In this document: positions 12,781-26,370 of the stretch, in pieces
Numbering within the stretch: position 1 is the stretch's first letter
Layout: each line of letters opens with the position of its first letter
From: Malacoraja senta
Lineage: Eukaryota
Direction: 5' to 3'
Length of the DNA stretch: 64,000 nt
Assembly: GCA_038087875.1 (NCBI GenBank)
Contig: CM075989.1
Location: 23,872,001-23,936,000 of the forward strand
Position numbers and translations under genes: made by a program
The notes under the pieces: generated by a model
Seen by the model: the letters and a program-made list of their open reading frames with translations, nothing else
The model's database searches: none
What the model was told of the DNA's origin: nothing

Positions 12781-15076
12781 TGTCCTTTTGTGTATTAACC
12801 AGCATCTGCAGTTCTTTTTTTCTACAATAAAAGGATACACTTGGCATAAAAAGAGTGTTGAGAGGATTTGACTGGTTTCAGGGATGACATATCTACCTTA
12901 TTAGGAAATACTGAGTAGACATGTACATTCCCCCTTCTCCCCTCTCCCATCGGGCAAGAGGTACAGCAGTGTGAAAACGCCCACCTCCAGATTCAGAGGC
13001 ACTTTCTTCTCAGCTGTTATCACCAACTAGAGAGTGGTCTTGATCTCCCATCTACATCATTGGAGATCTGCGAACTATCTTTAAGTGGACTTTACCTTGC
13101 ACTAAACGGCATTCCCTTTATCCTGTATCTGTGCACCGTGGATTGTAATCATGTGTTGTCTTTCTACTGACTGGTTAGCACGCAACAAAAGCTTTTTACT
13201 GTACCTCCGTACACGTGACAATATACTAAACTAAATCTAAAAAGGAAATTAGAAGAATGGATGAAAATCATTGAAAGTACTAACTTTTTATTTTGGGCTC
13301 AACAAGGGGTCGAGACCAGGGGTCATAGAATAAAGGGTGGGTGATTCAGGAATAACATGAGGAGCAATTTCTCAGTGCAAACTTTAACATTCTCTAGCTG
13401 AGAGGGCCATGGTTTCTCAGCCATTGAATTCATTCGAAACAAGGACGACAGATTTGTGGATATTGTGGGAATAATGTAGAATGGGAATAACGCAGGAAAC
13501 CAGCGTTGAGCTTGATGAACCCATTAAATTGATGAAAGGCAGAGGAGGCTCAAGGGGCCAGATGATCATTAGTGCTTCTAATTTTTAGGCATGTATCTTG
13601 ATAGACATGATGTACATTTGTATGGGACTGGTGGGACATTAGTGAATCACCCCCTGGTGGTCATCTTGTTGTTGTCCATTTTTCCAATTAGTAGTTCAGC
13701 CAACACTCTGCCCACAGTTAAAATCCTCTTCCCAAATTACCCTGAGGATGTGTAAACGATTCTGTGCAGACACTCTTGCCTTCATTTATTTCAAACAAAA
13801 GGCAAACTTGTAGTTTAATTGATGAATTAATTGGAAATAATGTCTTTGTGTTTCTTCTCTTACTGAGTAATGAAAGCACAAAATTCTGGAAGTTATTTGT
13901 TAGCATCTGAGAATATATGTTTAAGGGTGAACAGAAAAACATGGAAGTAATTCTATTAGTCCCGAACCAGGGAGTCCAGAACCAGGGGCCACAGTTTAAG
14001 AATAAGGGGTAAGCCATTTAGAACGGAGATGAGGAAACACTTTTTCACACAGAGAGCATTCTGAACATTAATAGCCCAATGCACTTTATCTGTTTATTTA
14101 TTTATTTATGTGTGTGTGTATATATATATATTCTATGGTATATGGACACATTGATCTGTTCTGTATTTATGTCTACTATGTTCTGTTGTGCTGAAGCAAA
14201 GCAAGAATTTCATTGTCCTATCTGGAACACATGACAATAAACTCTCTTGGATCTTGAATCTTGAATCTTGAGTTGTGAGTCTGTGGAATTCTCTGCCTCA
14301 GAGGGCGGTGGAGGCCGGTTCTCTGGATGCTTTCGAGAGAGAGCTAGATGGGGCTCTTAGGGATAGTGGACTTAAGGAATATGGAGAGAAGGCAGGAACT
14401 GTTTGGGAATGATCAGCCATGATCACATTGAATGGCAGGTGCTGGCTCGAAGGGCCGAATGGCATACTCCTGCACCTATTGTCTACTGTCTATTGTCTAA
14501 TTGAATTGCATTCAAACAGCACCTTTCACAACACAAGAAAGGAGGTTTTAGTTTACAAATGCAGCGTGGAAAGAGGCTCTTTGGCTCCATGAGTCCACAC
14601 CGAACATTGATCACCCGTTCTCATTAGTTTAGTTTAGTTTATTGTCACGTGTATCGAGGTACCATGAAAAGCTTTTTGTTGCGTGCTATCCAGTCAGCGG
14701 AAAGACGAGCCGCCCACAGTGTACAGATACAGGATAAAGGGAATAACGTTTAGTGCACGATAATGTCCGATTAAAGATAGACCAATGAGGTAGATAGTAG
14801 CTCAGGACGGCTCTCTCGTTGTTGATAGGATGGTTCAGTTGCCTGATAACAGCACCCTTGTGAATGCTGCAATAGACTGTTCTCTGCCTTGCATATCATT
14901 GAACTAAGATCAGGTGCAATTTATTTTTTTAATAATAATTTCTGGCAGTGTGTACCAGCTGCAGAATTGGGTGGTGCAGTAACTGGTGAAATTAGATCGA
15001 GACAATTTGGAAGGTAGACAAAAATGCTGGAGAAACTCAGCGGGTGAGGCAACATCTATGGAGAGAAGGAATAGGT

Positions 15077-15104
15077 GACGTTTCGGGTTGAGACCCTTCT
15101 TCAG
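15077..15104 (-). ncRNA. Minimal hammerhead motif in a Penelope-like fragment
   Basis: The reverse complement reads CTGAAGA-A-GGGTCTCAACCC-GAAACGTC. Confidence 0.55.
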
Positions 15105-18100
15105 ACTGAATGACTAGACTATTTGGACCTGTGTTCACCCTTACCTGGTAATTGTGTCCAAAAGGTTTCTACTATTAGACACCAGTTGAATTATTTTTTT
15201 GCAACACAATCTGGTGGGATCTGATCATTTGTTCTGGAGAAGAAGATTAAAGATTTTGATTCAGATATGGATTTTTTTTTAATGTTGCAGGATTGATTGG
15301 CAGTTGTCCTAGTGAGTGATGTATTCTTTATTCCCGCAGTGCTCGTGAATCACCGATGGATACTTGAAAGTACCTATCGTGGGTGTCTAGCGAGCAGAAG
15401 TGTTTCCAAGCCATTCGAGATTCCAATGCAGCACAAAGGTGAATTGTCATGTAATATTTATCAGCAGTATGCTGCATTGAATGTTAACACAGAGAAGCAA
15501 ACGTTACTGCTAATCCCACTCTGCAATGAATATCCTAAACTTTCCACCAATCTATTTGTTCTCAATCACATTCAGCTACCTGTTCAAAGAAAAACCTCAC
15601 TTTAAATTGTTTAAGAAGGAACTGCAGATGCTGGAAAATCGAAGGTAGACAAAAATGCTGGAGAAACTCAGCGGGTGAGGCAGCATCTATGGAGCGAAGG
15701 AAATAGGCAACATTTCGGGCCAAAACCCTTCAACCCTTCTTCGGACCCTTCGTTTGAAGAAGGGTTTCGGCCCGAAACGTTGCTATCGGGTGGTGAATCT
15801 GTGGAATTCTTTGCCATAGAAGACTGTGGAGGCCAAGTCCATGGATATTTTTAAGGCAAAGATAGATAGATTGTTGATTAGTACGTGTGTCAGGGGTTAT
15901 GGGGAGAAGGCAGGAGAATGGGGTTAGGAGGGAGAGATAGATCAGGCATGATTGTACGGCGGAGTAGACTTGATGGGCCGAATGGCCTAATTCTGCTCCT
16001 ATCACATGGCCTTATGACCTTATGACCTTTATAGCTCGAGGCATTTGAAACCAAGGCCAAGCATTGAGGTGATACCAGTGGGAGCAGCCATATGTGTGTG
16101 GGTGTGATGTTCATCAGAGGATGTACACAGCAGAATTTTGGGCTAACTCATAGAAACATAGAAAAATATGTGCAGGAGTAGGCCATTCGACCCTTCGAGC
16201 CAGCACCGCCATTCAATATGATCATGGCTGATCATCCAAAATCAGTACCCCGTTCCTGCTTTCTCCCCATATCCCTTGATTCCATTAGCCCTAAGAGCTA
16301 AATCTAATTCTCTCTTGAAAACATCCAGTGAATTGGCCTCCACTGCCTTCTGTGGCATAGAATTCTACAGATTCACAGCTCTCTGGGTGAAGAAGTTTTT
16401 CCTCATTTCAGTCCTAAATGGCCGAGCCCTTATTCTTAAACTGTGCCTCAAGTTAATAAGGAGAAACTGCTTTGGAATAGTCATCCCAAGGTTTAGTTTA
16501 TTGTCACGTGTACTGAGGTACAGTGAAAAGCTTTTTGTTGCTTGCTATCCAGTCAGCAGAAAGACTATACATGATTAATTCAAGGCAAGATTCCAGCATC
16601 TACAGTTCCTTTGGTAATTTGTAGGTTCCATCTAATAATAACCTACCAGGTCATGTGTAACACTAAATTTAAAATACATCGCTCACAATCTCCCATGAGA
16701 TTGATCTCGTGTTTAATGTGAACAAACAAACTCCTCTGAAAGATGCCTTTTAATCCATGTGATAATATGGTGGAAAAGGCAAGTCACACTGAGATAGCCA
16801 CCAACACAATAAAGCTACACATAACCCTTTCCAATTTTAAGATTTGCTTCTAAAGGTTAGCTTTCTGACCACATGCGCTCTCACATGTCTCAATTTGAAG
16901 ATAAAAGTCACATAGCATGGCCCTAACTTTCTGCCATTCAGTTCCCCAGGATGAACCACTATTGGCAAACTAAGTGATGATTATCAAGGGTTCATTTATT
17001 TATTTATACATATCCCCTGGTTTTGCCTGTCTCCTGACTAATGGCTTTGAAACGGGTCCACCTGCGATCTTTGTCTACAGATGCTCTTAAACAAGCATAG
17101 GTACACATAGATACATAGATACATAGACAATTGGTGCACGAGTAGGCCATTCGGCCCCTCAAGCCAGCACCACCATTCAATGTGATCATTGATGATTATC
17201 CACAATCAGTACCCCATTCCTGCCTTCTCCCCATATCCATTTATTCCGCTAGCCCTAAGAGCTCTATCTAATTCTCTTTTGAATGCATCCAGTGAATCGG
17301 CCTCCACTGCCTTCTGAGGCAGAGAATTCCACAAATTCACAATATAGGAGTAGACTTCTCAGCCCTTCAAGCCTGTTCCAGTTTCAATAAGATGATGGTT
17401 GATCTTATTGTAACTTCAACTCCACCCTCTCAACTCTCATCCCCATCTTCCAACCTACCTCACTGGACACTGGACATTTACTCTGGAACTGTTAGGCTAC
17501 AAAAAAACTATATTCCACTATACTCTAGTATTTTACACCTCGCTCTGCCCACAATATACTTGCACATGACCCTGAATGTATTCATGTGCACTATTATCTT
17601 GAGTGCCTTGGATAGCATTCACACTAAAGATTTTCATTATACACCAGTACGTTACAATAATATACCAATACTGTCACATGGAATGCACAGCCCTCTGTTC
17701 AAATACTCCCCTGACCCACCCAATCTCAACCCCTCTGAATTGTCCTTCTGCTCAAATTCCAAGTGCTGGAAAGACATCAACCATCTTGACCTCTCTACTC
17801 CCCTCACTCACACCAATCTCACCCACTCTGAAACACAGCACTTTGCACAGAGCTGAAGAAGGGTCCCGGTCCGAAACGTCACCTATCCATGTTCTCCAGA
17901 GATGGTGCCTGATCCGCTCAGTTACTCCAGCACTCTGTCCTTTATTGCAAACAAGCATCTGCAGTTCTGCAGGTCTTTGTTTCTACCTGTTACCAATACC
18001 CACAATAACCTTTCACCCTATTCCTTATCCATTTCTATTGTACAATATTCAAAGACTCTGCTTCAAGCTCCCTTTGAGCAGAGGGATTCAAAGACTCACA

Positions 18101-18294
18101 ACTCTAAGGCAACTGAAAGATTGATTACCTTGGGCTCCTGAGCAGGGCAGCAATGATAGTTTCCTGATGTTTTTCTTCTTTCCACTGATGCAGCAACATT
18201 GGCCTGGGACTTATTGTCTCGAGTTGTCATGATTTGCAAAACTTTACAGATAATGTCAAGAAGTTTTGCACATGGGGCTTTGATTAAGTTCAGT

Positions 18295-18610
18295 TTTAGT
18301 TTAGTTTAGATCAGAGATACAGCACGGAAACAGGCCCTTCGGCCCACCGAGTCCGAGCCGACCAGCAATCCCTGCACATTAACGCTACCCTACGCACCGC
18401 ACCCTAGGGACAATTTACAATTATACCAAGCCAATTAACCTACAAACCTGTACGTCTTTGGAGTGTGGGAGGAAACCGAAGATCACGGAGAAAACCAAAG
18501 CAGGTCACGGGGAGAACGTACAAGCTCCATACAGACAGCACCCGTAGTCAGGATCAAACCCGGGTCTCTGGCGCTGTAAGGCAGCAACTCTACCGCTGCG
18601 CCACCGTGTT
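18295..18610 (-). mobile_element. HE1-like V-SINE, minus strand (representative)
   Basis: Reverse complement of the SINE above. Other minus-strand copies at ~5275-5560, 5690-5850, 10145-10395, 11640-11810, 34640-34930, 56452-56740, 63175-63380, 63515-63740. Confidence 0.85.
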
Positions 18611-19984
18611 CAAGCTTTTCTTCACCTGGGCAATACAGAGAGAAGGGAAAGGTTAATGTAAAATATACATTACAGGGTGTTGCTGACCTACCCCCCTCTC
18701 CCAGACCTCACATAAATAATATTGAGATCATCAAAGCTTAATCTGTACATTTAAAGAGGAAAAGTTTGTTCGTGGACAGATCCCAGCTACTTGAATCTCC
18801 AACTGCATCTTTTAGGGCGGCACGGTGGCGCAGCGGTAGAGTTGTTGCCTCACAGCGCTAGAGACCCGGGTTCGATCCTGACTACGGGTGCTGTCTGTAC
18901 GGAGTTTGTATGTTCTCCCTGTGACTGCGTGGGTTTTCTCCGGGTGCTCTGGTTTCCTCCCACATCCCAAAGAAGTACAGGTTAGTAGGCCAATTCTCTG
19001 GATGCTTTCAAGAGAGAGTTAGATAGAGCTCTTAAAGATAGCGGAGTCAGGGGATATGGGGAGAAGGCAGGAACGGGGTACTGATTGTGGATGATCAGCC
19101 ATGATCACAGTGAATGGCGGTGCTGGCTCGAAGGGTCGAATGGCCTACTCCTGCACCTATTGTCCATTGTTAATTTGCTTCGGTAAAATTGTAAATTGTC
19201 CCAATTGTGTGTAAGATAGTGTTAGTGTGTGGGTGATTGCTGGTCGGTGTGGGCTTGGTGGGCCAATGGGCCAGTTTCCGCGCCGTATCTCCAAAGTCTA
19301 AAGTCAATCATTGTGGTGAAAGAACGGATGTGACTAGGTCACTGTTAACTGCCCACCCTTTTTCCCATCACCATTCTGTCTGTTGCCTGCCTTTAATTCA
19401 AAGGTAGTCCAGTCTGAAGAAGGGTTCCGAACCGAAACATCACCCATCCTTTATCTCCATAGATGCTGCCTGACGCACTGAGTTTGTTCAGTTTCAGCGT
19501 CAGTTCAGTTTAGTTTATTGTCACGTGTACCGAGGTACAGTGAAAAGCTTGTGTGTTGCGTGCTATCCAGTTAGCGGAACGGCAATACATGATTACAGTC
19601 GAGCCATTCACAGTGTACAGATAAATGATAAGGAAATAACGTATAATGCAAGGTAAAGCCAGTAAAGTCCGATCAAAGATAACTGCAGCATGCCGTGTCT
19701 CTTGTCTTCAGACCAGTACTATGTGACCTATTGCTATATTTAAGAGGGAGTTAGATGTGGCCCTTGTGGCTAAGGGGATCAGGGGGTATGGAGAGAAGGC
19801 AGGTACGGGATACTGAGTTGGATGATCAGCCATGATCATATTGAATGGCGGTGCAGGCTCGAAGGGCCGAATGGCCTACTCCTGCACCTATTTTCTATGT
19901 ATCTATGTATCTATTAGCAAACATCTTCAGTTATGTGTCTGTCTGTTTATGCAGGGTCAGATCGGGGGGAGTTCCCCCCGCCTC

Positions 19985-20210
19985 GGGTACCATGTAATCC
20001 AGTGCTACCCGCTCCATGGTCGGATAATCGGCGACTAAACCGTCTCCCCCACCTGGTTTGCCAGGTGAGGAGGGGGCTGTGGACCCCCAGCAGGACCAAA
20101 AACAAGACCTGTCAAAGGGCGGATGAGCTCCTAGCGAGCCGACGGCCATCCACACTTCAGTAGAAGTTGCGATCACTGTCGTACACGGCATTGTAAGGAA
20201 TGAAGAAAAA
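19985..20210 (+). mobile_element. Short interspersed element, possibly RTE-derived (second copy ~32365-32590)
   Basis: Two near-identical ~225-bp copies, GGGTACCATGTAATCC...CATTGYAAGGAATGA. The RTE assignment is tentative. Confidence 0.55.
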
Positions 20211-23200
20211 CATGAAATATAATTCTTCGCTCTCCTTGCTTCTCAAAAGAGAAGTTGTTATGTCGTTATGCAAATGAGAAATACTCTCAGTAGGCTCTAA
20301 TGGAAATATCAACAAACTTGAAAATGTTGGAGGGTTATTCTTTTCTTTTCGAGTTCAGTGTTTGAGCTCAGTAATTTAAGTGGCAGGGAAGTTGCAAATC
20401 CATGCCAGAACTATGAACTCATCAGAGAAAATAAAGGCTGATGCCACGAGATGTGTTGTAAGGTTGCATTTCGTTATCCTGAACATGCGCCAGAGGTAGG
20501 TAGTTAATGTCTGCTGCAGGCTTTGGTATCACAGTGCATTAGGAGCTTCTGCAGAGAACACGGCAACTCCACAATGCATAGGAAGGAACTGCAGATGATG
20601 GTTTAAACTTAAGGTAGACACAAAAAGCTGGGGTAACTCAGCAGGTCAGACAGCATACCTGGAGAAAAGGAATAGGTGACGTTTAGTGTCGAGACCCTTC
20701 TTCAGACTGAGAGTCAGTGGAAAGGGAAACGAAAGATATAGATGGTGAATGTATAGAGATGTAGAACAAATGAATGAAAGATGTGCAAAAATTTGATTGG
20801 ATAACACACACCAAAAAGCTTTTCACTGTACCTCGGGACAAGTGACAATAAACTAAACTGAACTGAGACCTTTGTCCAGCTTACACCCCAGCCGTATAAA
20901 TATTGACTTCTCTAACTTCAAGTAACCCCTTGCTTTCCCTCTCTCTCCATCCCTCCCCCTTCCCAGTTCTCCGACCAGTCTGACTGTTCCAGATTACATT
21001 TTATCTCTGGACAAAAAAGCTGGAGAAACTCCGCGGGTGAGGCAGCATCTATGGAGCGAAGGAAATAGGCGACCCGAAACGTTGCCTATTCCTTAAGGGT
21101 CTCGACCCGAAACGTCGCCTATTCCTTCGCTCCATAGATGCTGCCTCACCCGCTGAGTTTCTCCAGCTTTTTTGTCCTTCCATTTTTCCAGCATCTGCAG
21201 TTCTTTCTTAAACATTTTATCTCTGTTTGCATTGCTGTTACCTTCTCCTAGCTAACAATGATCTATTCTACCTCCTCCAGCCCCTTTGATCTCGTTCTCT
21301 CACCTTAACTTCCTTATCTCTGTATCTCCCCTCTCCCCTGACTCTCAGTCTGAAGAAGGGTCTTGACCCTTCTCTCCAGAGATGCTGCCTGTCGCGCTGA
21401 GTTGCTCCAGCATTTTGTGTCCCACACCACAATGCATGAGGCTTACCAGATTCTCCGCAGTTTGTACATCAGACGTTGTCTATCGCTAACTCCTCAAGCA
21501 GGGCAATTCAAACTGACCAACATCTTTGGAACATCAATGGCCCATTTTTCTTTAGGAATAATTTAACCAGCATGAGATATTGGCTGCTGTGCTGCGCTGT
21601 GCTGTTCTGTGCTGCCTGCTGTTCATGCTGAGTCTAATTACCATCTTTCTGTTCCCATTTATTGTTTTTTTGACAGCCTAATCAAGAGACTTGTTCAACA
21701 TATTTAAGGAAACAAAGGAGTTTACCAGATATAATCAGGTACAATTATAATTGAAATTACATCACTCATGTTCACTTAATGAGTGCTCGATTCCAGATGT
21801 GTAGTGCAACATCAAAGGCACCTTCTACTGAATGCAGCAGATGGACACAGTTGCCTGCTCCAGGAGGCAAAGAAACATGTATTTGTGCACTACATCAGTC
21901 AGAAGCTTTCCCCACTAGAGGACGTAGCTATTACGTCAGAGGGGGGAAGGTTCAATGGAGGAGTGTGGGGCAAGTTTTTCACCACAGAGGGAGGTGGGGA
22001 CCAGGGACACATGGTGGTGGAGATGGTAATGCAGGGACTAGAGGGATATGGATCATCTACAGGCGGATGAGATCAGTTTAACTAGGCATCACGCTGCTGG
22101 ACTGTCCTCTGTTCTGTGTGTTTGTTCATGTTTGACTGAAGAGCACAAAAAACTAAGAAAAACAGTGTTCAGCACCGGTACATCTCCTCAAATTACATGG
22201 ACTTTTCAAGTCAAGTCACTTTTGTTGGTAACTACACTGTTTCTACACTTCAAGGTTCACAAACTACACAAAGATATATGCCCATTGAATCTGAAGTAGG
22301 TGCCGATCTGAAACATCACATAGAAACATAGCAAAATAGGTGCAGGAGTAGGCCATTCAGCCCTTCGAGCCAGCACCGCCATTCAATGTGATCATGGCTG
22401 ATCATCCACAATCAGTACCCCGTTCCTGCTTTCTCCCCAAATGCCACCCATCCATTCCCTCCACGGAAGCTGCCTGACCCACTAATTTACTCAGGCACTT
22501 TGTGCTTTGGCCATTAAATCTGTTGGCTAAGGTATTATTAGCATTCCCAGAGGTTGCGCCAGTTTTCAAAAAATACTATGGGATCTTTACTTGTTCATAA
22601 GTGATAGGAGCAGAATTAGGCCATTCGTCACTTCAAGTCCACCGCCATTCAATCATGGCTGATCTATCTTTCCCACCTAACCCCATTCTCCTGCCTTCTC
22701 CCCATAACACCTAACACCCGTACTAATCAAGAATCTATCTATCTCTGGGCAGCACGGTGGCGTAGCAGTAGACTTACTGCCTTGCAGCACTAGAGGCACA
22801 GGTTCGATCCTGACCACGGGTGCTTGTTTGTACGGAGTTTGTACGTTCTCCCCGTGACCTGCGTGGGTTTTCTCAGAGATCTTCGGTTTCCTCCCACACT
22901 CCAAAGACGTAGAGGTTTGTAGGTTAATTGAATCAGTGTGTAAAACAAAATTTTAAAATTGTCCCTAGTATGTGCAGGATCGCGTTAAGGTGCGGGGATC
23001 GCTGGCCGGTGCGGACTCGGTGGGCCGAAGGGCCTGTTTCTGCTCTGTATCTCTAAACTAAACTGTTTCACGATGCACAGAATCTCTGTTCCGTCACGCA
23101 CACACAGCCTAGCTCACCTGCGTACAATATGGGCACAGAGTCTGGCACACACACACTCTCAACCACGTTTCACAATCTCTTCCCGTGACTCTGTCTCTCT

Positions 23201-24240
23201 TTCTCTTTCTCTCCCCTTAATTTTTTTGACATTGACATTGTACATAGAATGGTGCTTTTGGCAATATTTTGATTAAAAAAACATGAGTTGATATATCATC
23301 CAAAGATGTTGTAAAGATCGAAGTTACAAGCTTTTGAAGATCATGTCTGAAACATTTGATAAAATAAGTACACCTTTATAATTGAACATCTAAATAATGG
23401 TAGATGCTGGAAATCTGAAATAAACAACAAAAAAAAGGAAAAATATTTTTTTCTAACAACTTTATTATATTATCGACCAATTATCACATGAAAAGCCCAC
23501 AGGTTTTTGGCAGGTCTGTTGATCCTGGCTATCTCAGGGAAAGTATATCTTGTAATGAAAAGCATATTGTTTCAAAAGCACGCAGGAAAATAAAGCATAA
23601 TACAGGTATCAAAAACAGTACGTTTGAATGCAAGAATTGGGAAGTAAATGCAAGAATTGGGAAGTAAATCGAAAAAGAAAGGGAAAAGTTGTCTCTTACC
23701 TGTTGTGGTACACCTGGCCGCCACCTGACATCTTCCTTCAGTCAGAGGAGCTGGCCGCGGAGAGTGCTCTGAGTGAAGTATGATGATTGCCAGTGTTTGT
23801 TCTGCCCTTACCTCACGGTGTTGCAATGTTCTATAAACCTGACCCAGAAACGTTGACATCTGCCAAAACCACGCAGCTGGAATTGAGCAGGAGACGGGGC
23901 ACCAGAGCTGACGCCTTTGTGATTGGAAACGAAGCATGTTAATGGTGCAGTTCGCAGTTCCAGGGCCACGTCCAACTATCGAATTAACATGCTGGCTGGC
24001 ACAGCTGCCTTACAGTGCCAGAGTTCCGGGTTTGATTCTGTCTGTACGGAGTTTGTACGTTCTACCCGTGACCTGCATGGGTTTTCTCCAGGTGCTCCGG
24101 TTTCCTCCCACACTCCAAAGACATACAGGTTTGTAGGTTAATTGGCTGCTGTAAATTGTAAATTGTCCTTTGTATATGGAATAATACGAGGTGATCGCTG
24201 TTTGGCGCGGACTGAATTGGTAGAAGGACTTGTTTAAGGT

Positions 24241-24510
24241 CTATTTTGCCTTTTCTATGGCTATTTTGCATGTTCCTAGGGCTATTTTGCATGTTTCTAG
24301 GGCTATTTTGCATGTTTCTAGGGCTATTTTGCATGTTCCTAGGGCTATTTTGCATATTCCTAGGGCTATTTTGCATGTTTCTAGGGCTATTTTGCATGTT
24401 CCTGGGGCTATTTTGCATATTCCTAGGGCTATTTTGCATGTTTCTAGGGCTATTTTGCATGTTCCTAGGGCTATTTTGCCTTTCTCGTGCTATTTTACCT
24501 GTTTCTAGGT
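24241..24510. repeat. 21-bp minisatellite, about 12-13 units including degenerate flanks
   Basis: Unit GCTATTTTGCATGTTYCTAGG. Confidence 0.95.
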
Positions 24511-25626
24511 TTTGTTTGCATCCGGCAATAAATGATGTTTCACCCAACCAATTGATTGTTGCCTAAACACATGGCATCATGAATTTCCGTCCAGCAAAGA
24601 ACTAACCACAATAACTTGTTGACAGACTATACTTCCAAAGCCAATGGGAGTAACAACGAAGGGCCTTTAGAAATCTATCAAGCTATTGGAAATCGGGATG
24701 GAAGGAATGGATGACACGTTACATAGAGTTGGCAGAAGAAGTTGAAACAGGAGGGAGCAAGAGCTTCATCATTCCTCAGCATGGTGCAACATTCAGACAG
24801 ATATGTACACCTGGGGAACGTTAAGGAGAGGCCTCTGAAGCAGAATAATATGTTGGCTTTTATTTGGCCTTGTGATCAGCCTGTGTACCATCTCAAAGCC
24901 TATTCTCTGATTCCTTACAAACCTGCCTTTGATTTTCAAATGGAAATAACCGGGTTTCTCTATTTAACTATTTCAAGGCAACCATTTGGAGTATTACGTG
25001 CAGGTCTGCTCACTGTCGTTACAGGAAAGGTGTGGAGGCTTTGGAGAGGGGAGGGAAGGGGAGGTTTACCAGAATGCTGCCTGGATTAGAGGGTTTCAGC
25101 TACAGGAGAAGTTGAACTTGGATTGTTCTCTCTGGTACGTCAGAGGTTGATGGAAGGCCTGATAGATGTATATACAATTATGAGAGGCATAGATAGGGTA
25201 GACAGTCAGAACCTTTTTCCCAGGTTGGAAATGTCCAACACTAGGGGGCATAGCTGTAAGATGAGAGGGGGAGAGTTTAACGAAGATGTGCAGGACTATT
25301 TTTTTTCCACAGTGAGTGGTCGGGGACTGAAATGTACTGTCAGGGGGGGTGGTGGAGTCAGATACGATAGTGGTGTTTAAAAGGCTTTTAGATAGGCACA
25401 TGGAATTGCAGGAATGGAGGGATATGGATCATGGGCAGACAAATGAGATCAGTTTAACTTCAACATCATGTTCGGCACGGACATTGTGGGCCACAGGGCC
25501 TCTACTGTTCTATGTTCCATGTTCAAGGATTTTGCTGTATTAAAACTCTCTCTCTTAGTACACACACCAGTGAGCTTGATAGATTTCTAACGGTCCTTCA
25601 CTCTTTTCCCATTCGCTTTGGAAGCA

Positions 25627-26370
25627 TGAATGAATGAATAAGTTTATTGGCCAAGTATTGACATACAAGGAATTTGCCTTGGTGCTCCGCCCACAACTGA
25701 CAACATGACATACAGTGACAGTTAGGAATGTTACATAAAACATTAAACATTAATAATAAAACATTATTGATTAAACATGTGAATTAAATAAAATACCAGA
25801 GCAAAAGGAGGCTACAGATTTTGGTTATTGAGTAGAGCTACTACTCGTGGAAAAAAGCTGTTTTTATGTCTGGCTGTGGCAGCTTTGACAGTCCGGAGTC
25901 GCCTTCCAGAGGGACGTGATTCAAAGAGCTTGTGGCCAGGGTGAGAGGGGTCAGAGATGATCTTGCCCGCTCGCTTCCTGGCCCTTCCCTCCATACAGTT
26001 CGTCAATGGAGGGAAGGTTGCAGCCAATAACCTTCTCAGCTGATCAGACGATTCGCTGCAGCCTCCAGGTGTCGTGCTTGGTGGCTAAGCCAAACCAGAC
26101 CATGATGGAGAAGGTGAGGACAGACTCTAAGATGGTCGTATAGAATTGGACCATCATTGCCTGTTGTAGATTGTGCTTCCTCAGCTGCCACAGGAAGTAC
26201 ATCCTCTGTTGTGCCTTTTTGACTATGGAGTCGATGGTAGCTCCCCACTTAAGGTCCTTGGAGATGATGGTTCCCAGGAACTTAAAAGACTCCACAGATG
26301 TGACTGTGGTGTGTTGATGGTGAGTGGGGTGAGGGGAGGGGGAGCTCTCCTATAGTCTACAATCAATTCC
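25627..26370 (-). mobile_element. Rex1/Babar LINE 3' fragment
   Basis: ESFKFLG...KKAQQRMYFL and SDPSHPGHKLF..PSGRRLR peptides; (TTCA)n tail; AAGCA repeated at 25622-25626 and 26371-26375. Confidence 0.85.

Noticed and set aside
12295..12840. 181-aa ORF with 22-aa repeats, and CRISPR-like periodicity
   Set aside because: It is the translation of a 66-bp tandem repeat. There are no unique spacers and the context is eukaryotic.
18814..18890. tRNA-like sequence with A and B boxes
   Set aside because: It is the head of an HE1-like SINE, present in about 20 copies, not a tRNA gene.
20118..20150. Hammerhead-like CGGATGA-GCTC...GAGC-CGAC in the short repeat
   Set aside because: Both catalytic boxes deviate from CUGANGA and GAAA in both copies.
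24062..24566. RNMQNSP heptad-repeat ORF and its antisense ORFs
   Set aside because: A stop-free 21-bp minisatellite open in several frames, running into a SINE.
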